A stretch of 64,000 nucleotides of DNA from Rhynchopus sp. YZ270_cl-10. Taxonomy: Eukaryota. Made by a program: the position numbers and the translations under genes. Location of the stretch: positions 434,001 to 498,000 of the forward strand of contig OZ037842.1 of assembly GCA_964035575.1 (NCBI GenBank), given 5' to 3'. This document shows, one piece after another, positions 43,995 through 57,600 of the stretch (the stretch's first letter is position 1; each line of letters starts with the position of its first letter). The notes under the pieces were generated by a model. That model made no database searches. It was not told where the DNA came from and worked only from the letters and a program-made list of their open reading frames with translations.

Positions 43995-46913
43995 CACGGA
44001 TGCTGCCAGATCTGGCCAGATCTCCAGATCTGGGCCGCCCAGATCTGGCCAGATCTGGAAAAATTTTTTTTTTTTTTTGAAAAAAAAATTTTCCCAGACG
44101 TCCCAGATCTGGCCAGATCTGGCCAGATCTGGCCAAATCTGGGAGATCTGGGACGTCTGGGAAAATTTTTTTTTCCAGGTACCCCAATGACATAACGAAG
44201 TATCGCTTGAAGTACCGTTCAATATACGTTGCTCGTGTGTGCAAGTTACGAAGTAGGACACACAAGGTATATCAAACGATAAATCAATCAGATAAACGTT
44301 ACATCATCGGAAAATTGTTGGCACCGCCGCCCTGTCTTCGTATTTATTACGTCGACAGGCCAAACAGCGTTGGGCTCAGAAGAAGCAGTGCAAAACACTG
44401 GGGATCAACATGAGAACCAACTCCCAACAACACAGGCTACCGAAGTAGCAGGTGGGGTGTTGCGGGTGTTTGGGGTGAAAGAAAATCGATTTTGGTAAGT
44501 TCCAGCAGAAAATTCTTAAGTTTGCACAATTGAGAAGGGTGTTACCACTGCCTAATATTATTCGTACATGTGAACCGGTAAGGTCGAGAAGGGTGGACAC
44601 GGCATACAAGTACAAGTACAAGTAAGACGTACCTTCTACAAAGGCTGAATTCGCAATTCTTAAGGGATTGAATTCAGCCCCCACGTGGTGTTTTTGAGAA
44701 AATCATTCCATGGTATACAGCTAATGGTTCCCGAAGAATGATTCGCCCCTCCTCGTTCATGCAAACTTAAGAAAATTCTGAAGTAACTACAACCTGGCGT
44801 GCGGGTACAGATGCATTGCTTTGTTCTTTCCTCAAAGTCATGTGTGATCTCTCGGGTCTGTACTAAAGTCAGTGTTTAGATAAGCATCCACTTGACTCGT
44901 TCTAACAACCGTTGAAATCTAGAACAAAACAATACACTGCCCCTTCTCACACCAAGCCGCCATGCTTCAAGAGCATGCCCTGGGCAAAAATTACTCTGAC
45001 AAAAATTGGTTTTCTGGGGGAACGCAATATTTTCTTGTGCCTAGTCCTCCGCAAGAGCAGAGGACAGACTTTCCGGATCCCGAAGTCGAATTTCTTGCAC
45101 TAGCTATGCTCCCTGGATTAAATGGCTATAGCAGTGACTGACTAAGAGTTTCATAATAATTAGGGTGGTCTATGGGGTGGGTTAATGGAAAAGTTGGTAT
45201 ATAAACCCGACTTTTACGATCGCCACCTGGTTTTCAAATAATTGCACCAGCTCTTCCGTCGGCACTGCTTCGCTGTCACGATGAAGGGTCGTCGGTTCGG
45301 GTACCTGTTAAGAGAAATTGAATGTAAAAGTAGAGACTACAACAAAAAAACAAACAAACAAACAAGAAGCCGCCCCGTACCCCTTAAACGTAAAAGTGAC
45401 ATTTTTGTTGACAAAAAAAAAATAGCTAAAAAATAGCGGACATGTCGAAAAGGGAGAAAACCGGGGGGTTAAAAACATACCTTGCACTCGGCCCACTCTC
45501 CAGGTACAAAGAACATCACTGCACGACAAACCCACTACTACGATAGAAAATAACTATTTTTTACCGAACAGAAAGGTCGTTTTATTGATGAGTGTTTTCT
45601 GAGTGCACACTCAGTGGGGACAAAATGCAACACTTACCGAAAAAATTCTCCAATCGGACAAAAACCTTTCTAAACACCCAAAAAAAAACACCTCAGTCCA
45701 CATCCGCTGGGGTCGCGAGATGGAAATATATGGTTTTACAGCTTTTGGGGGGTCTAGCGTGGGTCCCAGATGCATTTTGCAACGGGTCTGTGTGTGTGTG
45801 TGTGTGTGCCTCAACCGCTTCACAGTACCCTTTTTTGTAACTGAAAACGACGCATCCTGTACCTAAGTGCACTGAAGCCTTGCTTGCGTCCTCCTTCGTG
45901 GTTTTGGGCGTTCGCATGCGAGAATCATTATCGCATTCGCACATGTAATTCTCGCATCACGGAGAGGATTTTAGTGTTACGTGACCACAAAAAAAGTGCA
46001 CAAAATTAGTTTGGTCAAAAATCACCTTGCACTTGTGAAGGCATTGCTAAGGAAATGTGAAATATGCGTGTTTTGGTACACAAAAGTGCGTTTTGGGTGG
46101 TTCTGAAGGGTCAAAACACCAAAAAAATGCGTTTTTTTGCATTTTTGGTCACCCAAGGACCCACTATTTTGGTTGATATTTTTTTTTTCCCTTTGCGAAA
46201 AAGTACCCAAAAAGCACGGCTATAAAAACGCTAAGGAAAAATCGATATTCATTTTTTGGGCAGAGAAGTGCGTTTTAGGCGCCCACAGATGGTCAAAACA
46301 TCAAAATTTTTGTGTTTTTGGCATCTTTGGACACCCAAGGACCCACTATCAGGGGTGAATTTTTTTTGCCTGAGATTTGCCTTTGCCAAAAATCGAAAAA
46401 AAAAATTATGAAGGAAATTGCTAAGAAAAAGTCGAAATTGTGGGCCCCTGTAGTGCATATGGCGGTACCCAGATCGTCAAAACACCCGACTCTTGCGTTT
46501 TTTTGCACTTTTTGGTGCACAAAAACCCTACTCAGGGGTCAAAATTTTCCCGGGAAAAAAAATTTTTTTTTCGAGATTTTTCAAAAATCGACTTGTCTTT
46601 GGTAAAAACCACGAAATTTCGGGTGCGCGAAACCACGTTTTAGACCCCCACAGATGCTCAAAAGTGTCAAATTTTGCTTTTAACGGCCTCAAATCGTCGA
46701 AATTAGCCCTATATAGGGGCGAAAAAAAAAAATTCGAGAGTCCCTTTCCCTGGGAGACAATAGCCAGAAATCTGAGAAAAAAAAAAAAAATTTCCCAGAT
46801 TCCCAGATCTGGCCAGATCTGGCCAGATCTGGAAACAAGATCTCCACATCTGGAAAACGAGCCAGATCTGGGAAATTGGCCCCCAAATCTGGCCAGATCT
46901 GGCAGCATCCGTG
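43995..46913. mobile_element. TIR element with CCAGATCTGG arrays and 6-bp TSD CATAGA
   Basis: TIR CACGGATGCTGCCAGATCTGGCCAGAT at both ends, with CATAGA at 43989-43994 and 46914-46919. No intact ORF. Confidence 0.88.
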
Positions 46914-46993
46914 CATAGACAGTGCATTTTTTTTTTTTTTTTTGTGCAAACCATGCTTTTTTCTAAATCACGATCGCGATCGGGATTTTGGGG

Positions 46994-47030
<37 letters not shown>

Positions 47031-47675
47031 CAGTTGTGCAAATTAGTACATGTGGGTTTGGTATTTTTTCAGAAGTGGTGCCACCACGTTCCGCAAGGAG
47101 CCCGATCTGTCAAAATAAGCACTTTTCAAAAAAAAAAAAGTAGCGTACCGTGCGCCTGCGGCGCAGCTAAATTACGAGAGGTAGCCTACAGCTCTGTGGC
47201 TTCGCCAGAATATTTCATTGTCAAAATATGGGAAGTAAAATTGATGGCAATACTTTATTGAGGCGCCGATTTCCCGCGGTGCGCATTTTCCTGATGAGTA
47301 ATTACCAACGACAGTGCCATTTTTTCTGGCAACATTTTTATAAATGTTGCGTACCGTGGCTTCGCCAGGAACCTTTCGGTGACATGACCGCCGGTTCTTA
47401 CTTACTATTAATGTACTGAGGTTACTGATCAGAAGGCTGACACCCACTACGACTTGTGGTTCACCCTCCCCACCCGCCCCTCGATTTTGTTCAGAGGGGA
47501 GAAAGCGCCTCACTTCGCCGCACTGGCAGGGAGTCGCGCGCGCGAAGCGCGCGCAGCGACCGCTTTTACGGGGCGAAAGCTCGGGACCCCAAATCACCCC
47601 CGTTTGGCCAAAAGGGGGATTGACTAGTGCCCTGCCCCTGCTGGAAAAATTGGAAAAATTGGAAATTTTTTGGGG

Positions 47676-47707
<32 letters not shown>

Positions 47708-49355
47708 GCGAAAATGCTCAAAAAGCAGGTTTTTTTAGTTTTTTTTTTTTACGATCGGTCACCCCAAATTTTGGGGGAAAATCACCGATCGGGCGACAAG
47801 CATGGTGCAAACAACAAAAAATGTTGTTAAGATGATCCCAAGCCTTGCTTGGTCACCTTCTAAGAAGCTGGTTGAGCATGGGTGGAGGTGGGAGGTGGGA
47901 GGTCTGAAGGGGGGAACAATTGGCAACATGATCTTAAGCGTCTGCTTAGTCAACCACCTGAGAAAAAGAAGAATAGAAAAATTGTTTCATATACTAACTA
48001 TTCTACTGAATAGAAGGTATAATAGGGTGCACTAAATGTACCCAAACCAAAAAGCTATAAGATCCGCGCCTCCACTACACACAATCTCAAACACGAGACG
48101 CTCCTTCAAAAGAACGCGGTTACCATTTTTGAAACTACCCAAAAGGGTAAGACGGTCCTGAGCTTTCATACTTAACCACCTTGCCAAGAAAAGCACCCCA
48201 CAGACGTGTACGGGGAGGGGGGAGAGGAGAAAGAGGAATGGGGTGAAGAGAAAAGATGGGAACCTGTGTGACTGGTCCCAAACCACTGTTTTGTTTTTCG
48301 TCGATATGAAAGGGAAAAAAGAGAGAAACATATATGCCTCGCTGTGTGAAACCCATACACCTTTACAAGGTAAATGCAAGGCGAGAGGGGCCAATGTATG
48401 CAAGACTAGCATTAACATTACTTCATAAACTATCTACTGAATAGAAGGTATAACGCTAAATAAGACTAAGCATTAACAGAAAAAAAGACACATTTTATTT
48501 TTCTCCAGAATTGTTCTTTTACAATACCCCAAATTGGCGTCCAAATAAGTTTTGCGGATTTGGGGATTTTGGGGAAATTTGCCACAACTTTTTTTAGACG
48601 CCCAACATATTTGGAGTATTGTATATGTGTTGGTTGACGCTGTAGCTACGTAATGCTTTCTCCCAAAGCCAAGGGGGAAATTGTATTTTGTAGTCAACAA
48701 ATACACCAACGTTTTACTCTGTACCTTTTTTCAAAACATAGAAACAAAGAAAAAATAGTGGGGGTTTTCAGGGGAAAATGTGATGAATTAAATTTAAAGT
48801 AATATTGAAGACCCATTTGTGTGTTTTTTTTTTTTTGTACAGATGAAGTGGATCTCCTTGAGTTTTCAAAAAAAAAAAAAAAAAAAAAAACGTTATTTTA
48901 AAAGCGTCAAGATGGGCGATGGGAGGGGAGGGCTAAATAATAGGGGGAAAATAAAAAAGGGGAAATAACGAATTCGCCTCTCATTCCCCCTTTACACAAA
49001 CAGAATAGCGTTTTAGGTCAAGAAAGAATGGATGATGGTAAGTAGTTACTTACACGTCACCTTTGGAAGAGGAGGGAAAAAAGAAAAGTTTATAAGATGA
49101 CCCTAAGCCTCTCGTGCTTAGTCACCTTAAAAAGGGAAGGCGTACATACCCACCCAGTTTCTACGAATAAAGGGTTTGTCCACGAATGTTGCAAAAGGAA
49201 GTTCCCTCTAAAACTTCGCGTGACTAAACTGTGCGGGAATGTGGGGAGATACCAAAAAGCTACAAACGGGAAGTTGCAGCGTATCAACAGAAAAAAAAGA
49301 AAAGAAAAGGGAGGGGGTTTTAAGATGAACCTAAGCTTCTCTGTGCTTAGCCACA

Positions 49356-50598
49356 GGGGTGGCTCTAAGTTGAGCCAAAAACCCCTATTTTGGCCGAGGT
49401 GCCAATGACTTTTTTCTGTACAAATGCCACACGTAAAAAACCCCCGGAAACCCATTCCGAGCTTTCCGGTCGGTACGTTGGCGGGGCATCTCCCCGCATA
49501 TTTTCAAAACCCATTCCGAGCTTTCCGGTCGGTGCGTTGGCGGGGCATCTCCCCTCATATTTTTGAGAGGGGTTTTTCGGGGGTGGGGGTTGAAGAAGGG
49601 GAAAAATGAGTCAAATAGGAGAAGGGGCGGTTGTGAACTATCCCGTCCCCAGGCCTCTCCGGGTGGGTCGGGGTGTGCAAGCAAAGTTAAAGCAAAGGGG
49701 TGGGGGTGAGGAAAAGAAAAGTATGGTCAAAAGTGACGTAAGGACACCACTAAGCGGTGCACAGAAAGGGAAGATGCCCTTGCGTATGAACTAGGGAGGG
49801 AGGGGATGGGAAACCAAGACTAATTAACGCAAATACGAAACAGAACTGATTCCTGGCGAAGCCACGGTACGCAACATTTCTAAAAAAATGTTGACATCAA
49901 ATGGCACTGTCGTTGGTCATTATCGTCAGTTCCCGTAAATGTTACTTCCATATTTTGCTGAACGAAAGTTTTGGCGAAGCCACGGTACGCAACATTTCAA
50001 AATATTGTGCTTAAAATTGCACATTTTACAGCCAAACTATGTCATGGGTGGCTTGCAATCTTGCGCCGCAGGCGCACGGTACGCTACTTTTTTCCTTTCG
50101 CCATGCTGCATGCTTCCTTTTCCTTCGGCGTTTGACCAATTGGGTCGCGTTCTGGCTGTGACGGGGTCACTTTGTTCATGAGGCCAGTTCTGGTCACTCT
50201 TAGAGGTTGGTGTGAGGTACCCCCAAGATATATCATTTTGGGTTTTTTTTTGGCCTGGCCGGGTGGTTATTTTTTTTTTTTCCCCAGACCTGGTAAATAT
50301 TTTTTTTATTATTTTACCCGGTCTAGCTCGCACTACCACTAACATATAAGGAGATAAAACCCTGTGTGTTTCTTCTTTTTTTTCCTTTTTTTTTAAAGAA
50401 TTTTTTTTGGGGGCCGGTGGGTGGGGGCTCCGCCCCCCACCTCCCATGTGGCAAAAGTCCAGAAAAAATATTTTGCCTGTGGCATTTGTACAGAAAAAAT
50501 ATTTTTTTTACGTGTGGCATTTGTACAGAAAAAAAGTGTGTTTTCGGAGGGGTGCCATGGGCCCATGGACTTAGAAAAGGCCCTGACTTAGCCACCTC
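49356..50598. mobile_element. Degenerate TIR element (G.GGTGGCT..AAGT ends)
   Basis: Subterminal inverted TTTTTCTGTACAAATGCCACACGTAAAAAA near 49410 and 50503; the termini match only loosely. Confidence 0.55.
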
Positions 50599-51317
50599 AA
50601 AAAAAAAAAACATATTTCGGAAGTAGCCTCGAGCCCTGCATTTCTGTGCAAAACCAAGAGTCTATCCGAACAGAACAAAAGAAAACTTGAGCATAAGCTG
50701 TGCTTAGTCACAAAAAAGGGGGGATTAAAAAAAGGGTTGGCTTGAAATACAAAGCCTCTCGTGGCAGTGTACTCCAAAAAAGTTTTTGAAAGGTGGCCCT
50801 AAGCCTTGTGATGTAAGTCACCTTGAAGAACGTCTGAGGGTTATTTAAGGGGAAGTGTGTACCATCGGGAAGATTGTCGAAGGGGGGGGGGTAAGGGAAG
50901 GTTTTGCGCATGGAGAGGAAAATCAAAAGTGGAAAGGAAGAAGCTCAGCTTCTCTCTCTCGCTCTCTCAGTGCGCTAGCTATCTTGCAAAACAAAACACA
51001 ATTTTTTTTTAAAGATGAACCTAAGCCTCTCGTGATTAGACAAGAAGCCCCCCTTACAAGCTCCAAAAGATTCCACATATTACGCTGGTTGGGGCGCTAC
51101 TGTAGTCTCTTTTGAAACTCCCTTTTGTGCTCATTGCAGAAAACAATCACCCCGTTGGGTCACTCACTTCCCCTTTTTTTTCTTCCAGATCTTCCGAAAA
51201 AAAACACTTCGCCTTGATAAATTGATAAATTGACGACACGTAGTCACCTCGCTTTTTTCGTGTGATCTCCACGCAATTTTTTTCTTTTCCACCACCCGAC
51301 CCCCCCCTCTTCTCCCT

Positions 51318-54040
51318 CTACTTCCCAACGAGAGAGGGGTAGGTGCACATTGAGACTGGAAGAGGCGGTTCTCCTGTGCGTTGAACTTCGTGAATGAGGC
51401 TTTTTAAGAGGTCGATGCGGGGGGCGTCTTGGCAGTTGTTGAGTGCATTTTGAGCGTCCTGCACGAGCGCGAGATAAGCGTAACGGACTGCCTCGTTGTA
51501 GGCGGCAGACGGGTCTTTGTCATCAGACTCTTGGAGTTGGTACATCCATTCTTGGTTGGTGCTTTCACTGCGTCGCGACACAAGCTCATTGAGCATTGTC
51601 ATCTTCCCTCCAGTCAGGTACACCTTACGCAGCGACAGCATCGTGAACAGCGTTCTAGCCTCTGATGCGACCTCGCCGTCTGAGAGTATGCTCACCCCCC
51701 AATGACGGCCGACACGCTCAATGGAGCGGACGTTGGTGGAGATGACGCCGACGATGCCGTATTTCTTCATTCCGGTGCAGCCCATGGTTCCGCAGATGGC
51801 TTTTCCTGCTGAGATGGCGCAGTTCATCTTGGAGGATTCGAGGTTGAGGTTTTCGTGGATGAACATCGCAGTTTCGGCGGATTTGGTGCGACAACTGGTG
51901 GAAGGGAGGGTAGTGTTGAAGGAGACCGTCGCGCGGTCGCCAGACACATCGTCAACAATGCCACGGAATTTGCGAGATCCTTCGATAATAACCTCAAGGT
52001 ATTTCTCAAGCACCTCATTCAGGGCAGAGTAGTGCGTAATAGTGTTCGTTTTGTGGAGGTTTGCGACCAAAACGCTGACCTGTTTAAGGCGGAGGGCATG
52101 GCCAAAAATGGTCTGCGCTCCCGCAGCAGAGGTCTGTCTGCTTCCAGTGGTGGAGCTTCTCAAACTCGAATTCGTCGCAACGGCAACCGGCACCGCCTCC
52201 CCAACCTGCTGCACCTCGACCTCCGTCGCCGTCTCGACCAAAATGCTTTGTGGGAGGTACTGCTTGTACTCCACGAGGTTGTTCATCATCTGTTTAAACG
52301 AACGCTCCATCGCGCGAACCTCAGCAAGCGAGCTGAGTGGTCTCCCTGAGTCTACCCCTTCCAGGTCCATCACGGCAACGTGAGACATATCTTGCATGAG
52401 TTGGATCAGAGGCTTTGTGATGCGGAAGACAAGGATGACGGTGAGCCCGATGGGGATGAGGGCAACAATGACGACCACCAGGTAGACCATGAGGCGCGCC
52501 TTCTCGAGCTCCTCCTCGACCTCGTCTTCAGAGGCTGCGATGTCGCGTTGGGTGGCTTCGTTCTGTGCGTCCACCTCACCGAGAACGTACTCCCGGTCAA
52601 TGAGCGCCACCACATACCAGTTCACCCCCACGTTGTTGTTAAAGACGCTGACCTTGACGTAGAAGCGTTCGCCCTCAGGTGCGCGGGTAGTGTTCAGCAT
52701 GTAGTACTCAGGTGCCCCGCCCTTAAGGAACAGCTGTTCTGCCAGGGTGATGCTGGTGTCGTTCACAGCGGGTCCAAGAAGATGGACGCCAGTGCCGGAG
52801 ATGAGCGTGTCAGAGCATTTGCTAACGTGCTGTGGGTTGAAGGAGTACCCGTTAACGCTATCGTCTTCGATGCGTTCGAACGGGCTGTGAGGAATTAGAG
52901 ATAGGTAAGAGAACAAGTTTGGTCAGAGGGGGGAAGTTGTACATCAGATCAACGATGTAGCAATGCATTGAAGAAAAAGTTTTTTTTCCAACGCCGTTAC
53001 GAACCCCTACCCCATCTGTATCCCTAAAATCAAACATACTTTCCATGCGACGTCCCTGCAAGGTATCCGGTCTGGTTGCCCAGCGGCGATGCGAACATAT
53101 CGCGGCGCACCATTGCAAAGATACGCCCCATCGAGCCGACACCCAAATCAAGCGACTGCAGGAACGTGGACACCTTGCCGAGGTCCATACCCACGTACAG
53201 CATACCGAGGCGTTCCCCTGTCAGAGAGTCTTCGTAGGCACACTGCGCAACCACACCGCAGTAGACACCAATGCCCAGCAGCGGGGTGTACATGCTCCCG
53301 CCAATGGGAAGGAAGTCGAACAGCCCGAAGTACGTGCTCACCACATCGTACTCGGGGAAGACACACGGCACGTCGAGGTCGGCGCCCTTAGATGCCGACG
53401 CCTTTACCCCCTCTGCCACGCAGTTCGGCGATGTCTCCCAGCTCCCAGGGTACCCGTAGAGGTCGCCATGGCCGTCAGGGGGGACGTCGCCTCGGACAGA
53501 GCGGTAGAGTGCAGGGATGCCGGTGACGTTGTCGTAGTCGGTGCCGTTGTTGACGACGCTGAGGATGTGGTGGTATTCGTTCGGTGCGTTGTGGTATGTC
53601 TCGCGTGCCTCCATGATCTGGAGCGTCTGGTGCTTCTTGGTGACAATGCCGATGCCGTCGTAGTTCTCGTTGGACACCACCATGTGGTAAAGTGGTTTGC
53701 GCCAGCTGTATATGTACTCCCAAGAAGTGACCTTCTCAACAGGCTCGGTGTTCATCGACCGGCACACATTCTCCAAGGCAAGTTGGGGTACTTCGTAGCG
53801 GGAGACAAGCTGGCGTACGGTGCTCGTTGCGTGCTGGTTGAGATAGTCCTCCACAACCTTGGACATAGCAATCTGGCTCGAGTCAAACGCAGCCTTCACA
53901 GAAGTGTCGCGTGACGTCTGTGTGTCCGACAGTGCCGTGTCCCCACTCCACACAGCAAGCGATGTGCACAGCGTCGCCACCACAAGAATGCACACCACCA
54001 CCAGACCCACATTCAGCGCACGGATCGTTATGACTAACAT
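51318..54040 (-). CDS. Receptor-type cyclase-like membrane protein, paralog 3 (exons 54040-53040, 52884-51318; 855 aa)
   Basis: A single 155-nt GTATGT...CTAAT...CAG intron at the conserved GTSHG position gives an in-frame 2568-nt CDS. The start was chosen by homology (MLVITIRALNVG); an upstream in-frame ATG exists at 54094. Confidence 0.85.
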
Positions 54041-54677
54041 GGTTTGGATGTCTTTTTTGTTTGTCTTTTTGTTGGTATCTAGCAGAGTGTACATAGAGGA
54101 GGAGGGAAGTTGTGGAGAGATGAGGTGCGAACAGAGACAATTACAACTGTAGGTTGAAAAGGGTGCACATCTTCGTGCACTCTGTCTTGGGTCTAATGCG
54201 TGTACCTAAAAGAGTTGAAGAACGTCAAAACTATATGAATATTAATGAGAAAAGAGGGGTGAGCCTTTGTCATGAAAACATAAACCATACTTGGACCGCC
54301 CGAAATATATCATACCATTCGGGCGATCCAAGTATAAACAAACATGTCACCATAGGAATATGAGACGTTCGTGAACACTAGAACCAACAACAGAGGTGTT
54401 CAGAAGAGCATGTCTCGTGTTGGAGGGAGAACGGAAGGTGTAAAGGCCTCCAGTCTTGGCGGGGAACAGTCCTTCATTGATCCGTTAACGCAAGCTGTAT
54501 GAGAGAGGTGGAGCAAGATGATGAGCAGTCTTCACGAGGTTGTGTGTTGGTGGTGCATGGTGTAATGAGTCCTCTGACGTAGCTTCGGTGCTCACATCAC
54601 CTTCGCTACACATTTGAAGGTCACGCTTCAGCAATCCGGTCATGAGGTCGTGGTGGCGTGCTTGAGTGGAGCAGTGC

Positions 54678-57600
54678 TTAGGCATCCCCTGCAGCAAGGG
54701 CCAAATCACCAACGTATGCAAGACGAATAGGAACAGGAGCACTCCCACTGCTGCGCGCCGTTGAAATCATCTTCTTAACCAACTCAAGACCCTCAGCTGT
54801 GCACCCTTTCAGAGCCTCCTCAGCCTCGTCCAGCTTGTTGTCATACAGCAGCGCCACAGCTGAGTTCATCTTCGTGTACGGGTCCTGAGCAGCTGCGCTT
54901 TCCAGTTGGTACATCCACTCCTCGTTTTGTCCTGCCTCCCGAGCAGCAACAACCTCACTCAGCAAAGTGGTCTTCCCGTTGGCACGTGTCGCCTTCACGA
55001 AGCTGCGGATGGTGAAGTGCGAGTCAATCGCCTTTCCCACATCACCATCCACCAGGACACCGACACCCCACTTGCTTCCACAACGCTCGATGGAACGTAC
55101 GTCTGTTGCGACAGACCCAATCACGCCGTACTTCTTCAGCCCTGTGCAACCCATTGTCCCGCACACTGCACTGCCTGAGCTAATGGCCACGTTGACGGAA
55201 ATGCCAGAATTCATGCGCTTCCGCACTGTAAGTGCGTACTCTGCAGCATGCACTTTGTGTGACCCACAGCCAGTGACTGTGTTGAAGCACACAGTCACCT
55301 TGTCACCCGACATGTCGTCCACAATGCCACGTGCCGCCTTCGCTGACTCGAGGAGAACCTCCAAGTACGAGCTGAGTGTGCTGACAACCTTGTTCTGTTC
55401 AGTGGCGTGGAGGGAATTTATGTTCGACAGAGCAATCGACACGTGCTTCGATCTTACAGCAACTCCGAACGTGGCAGCTGCTACCGATCGCCTTGAATGT
55501 GAACTTTCAGAAACAGCACTCACGCTATTTTTTGAACGGTCCTTGCTCACTATTCCAGTTGATGTGTCTCCTTCTGCTTCCGTCTCTTCTGTCGCACTGT
55601 CAACAAGCACACTCTGTGGAAGGTACTGACGGTACTCAACCAGGTTTTTCATCATCTGTTTGAAGGACTTCTCCATGCCATGAACTTCTGAGAGTGAACT
55701 CAGTGGTCGAGCAGCGTCAACGTGATCCAAGTCCATGACAGCAACGTGTGACATGTCCTCCATGAGTTGGATCAGAGGCTTTGTGATGCGGAAGACAAGG
55801 TACACCGTCAGCCCAATAGGGATCAGCGCAGCAACGACAACAACAATGTAGAGAATCATGCGTGCCTTTTCAAGGTCGTCGTCCACCTTTGCTTTCTTTG
55901 CACGGATGTTCTCCTGTGTTGCTGTGTTCATGGCGTCTACCTCACCGAGATAGTACTCCCTGTCCACCAATGCCACCACGTACCAGTTCAGACCACGTCC
56001 ATTGTCGAACAGTTTCACGCTGTAAAGTAAAGGTGTCGATACGTGCATATTAAATACCATAAGTGGTGTGACAAGGGGGTGATTCGCCCTTCTTGCCTAC
56101 TTCTTGCACCCCCATTCAGCTACACCAATAAGGGTAGATCATTTTTTTTTCTTTTGAAAAAATATTAGTGGGGTGATCTGGGGTCTTTTTTTTCAAGACA
56201 ATTGACAAAAATTCACAACCAGCGCACACACCCATGATACACGGGTGTGTGATTTTTTGTGAATTGTTGTGAATGTTTGTGAATTTATGTGAATTTTTGT
56301 GAATTGATGTGAATCGCTAGTTCGATTTTGTGATTTTTTTTTGGGATTTTATGGAGGTAGTGAGGGGCAACCGAAAGTCACCAAAACACACAAAAAATCA
56401 CAAACATTCACAAAAATTCACAACGAGGCGAAAACACCTGTGATACACGGGTGTGTGAATTTTTGTGAATTGCTGTGAATGTTCGTGAATGTTTGTGAAT
56501 TTTTGTGAATCGGCAGTGAATATTTTGTGAATTTTCCTGAAAAAAAAGACCCCAAATCACCCCAATTAGTTGGGGGGAAAAAATGTTGGAAAAAAAATCG
56601 CCACCGACAACTAAACGACTACATTGATTTCACATGCCTCGTTGATGGTGGGTATTAGACGACAATTTGATTACAGTCATCCAACAAAGGTTGGTGGGGT
56701 AAAAACATTGGTGTATTTGGGGGCTCGAAAAAATTTGGTGGATTTTTTGAATGAGAACTGCATTTTTGAGTTTCCTTTACGTGGACCCCTATGCCCCTAT
56801 GCCCCTCCTCCCCTCCCCCACTTCCACCCACAAACCCGGCCCAGATTGAAAAATTATACCGCAAAAGTAAAAAAAGATGCCCATATACAAAACCTGCCGC
56901 AAACACACGGGTTTACATCGTTAATGTTGCACTTTTGGGTTTGCGGGTACATGGTAAACACAAGTTAGAAACCACTAAGGTTGGTGGGTAAAAACATTGG
57001 TGGATTTGGGGCTCGAAAAAATTTGGTGGGTTTTTACCCCACCAACCTTTGTTGGATGACTGTATGTAGATTCGTTGAAATAAGTATATGTGACATACGT
57101 GACAAAGAACTCCTCATCATCAGGACGGCGTGTCGTGTTCATCATGAAGGATCCAGGAACGCCTTGCTGCAACAGGTGTTCTGCATTGGTTGTGGTGTAT
57201 GTTTCGTTGACCACGTGTGGCAGCATGAGGTAGTTCACTGTGCCTGCAACCAGTGGGTCGCTAGTCTCTTTTGCGTGCATGGGGTAAGGATAAGCAGTAT
57301 GCTCCCCGGCAAAAGACCTGTAACAGGAATGCAGATACAGAAAGAACTGTAAACAGAATAACATACGATCCGTGCGACGTCCCTGCCATGTACCAATGCT
57401 GCCAGCCTTCCACCACCCAGTTGTGACGCACTGTCGCAAACACCCTTCCCAGACTTCCCTTCCCGAGGTCAAGGGCCTTCAGAAACGCTGTGATCTTCCT
57501 CATATCTGTACCAGCGTACGTTACCCCAACACGATTGCCTGCATTGTCAACGTACACACACTGTGAGATGACCCCGACGTAGTATCCTAACGCCGCCAAC

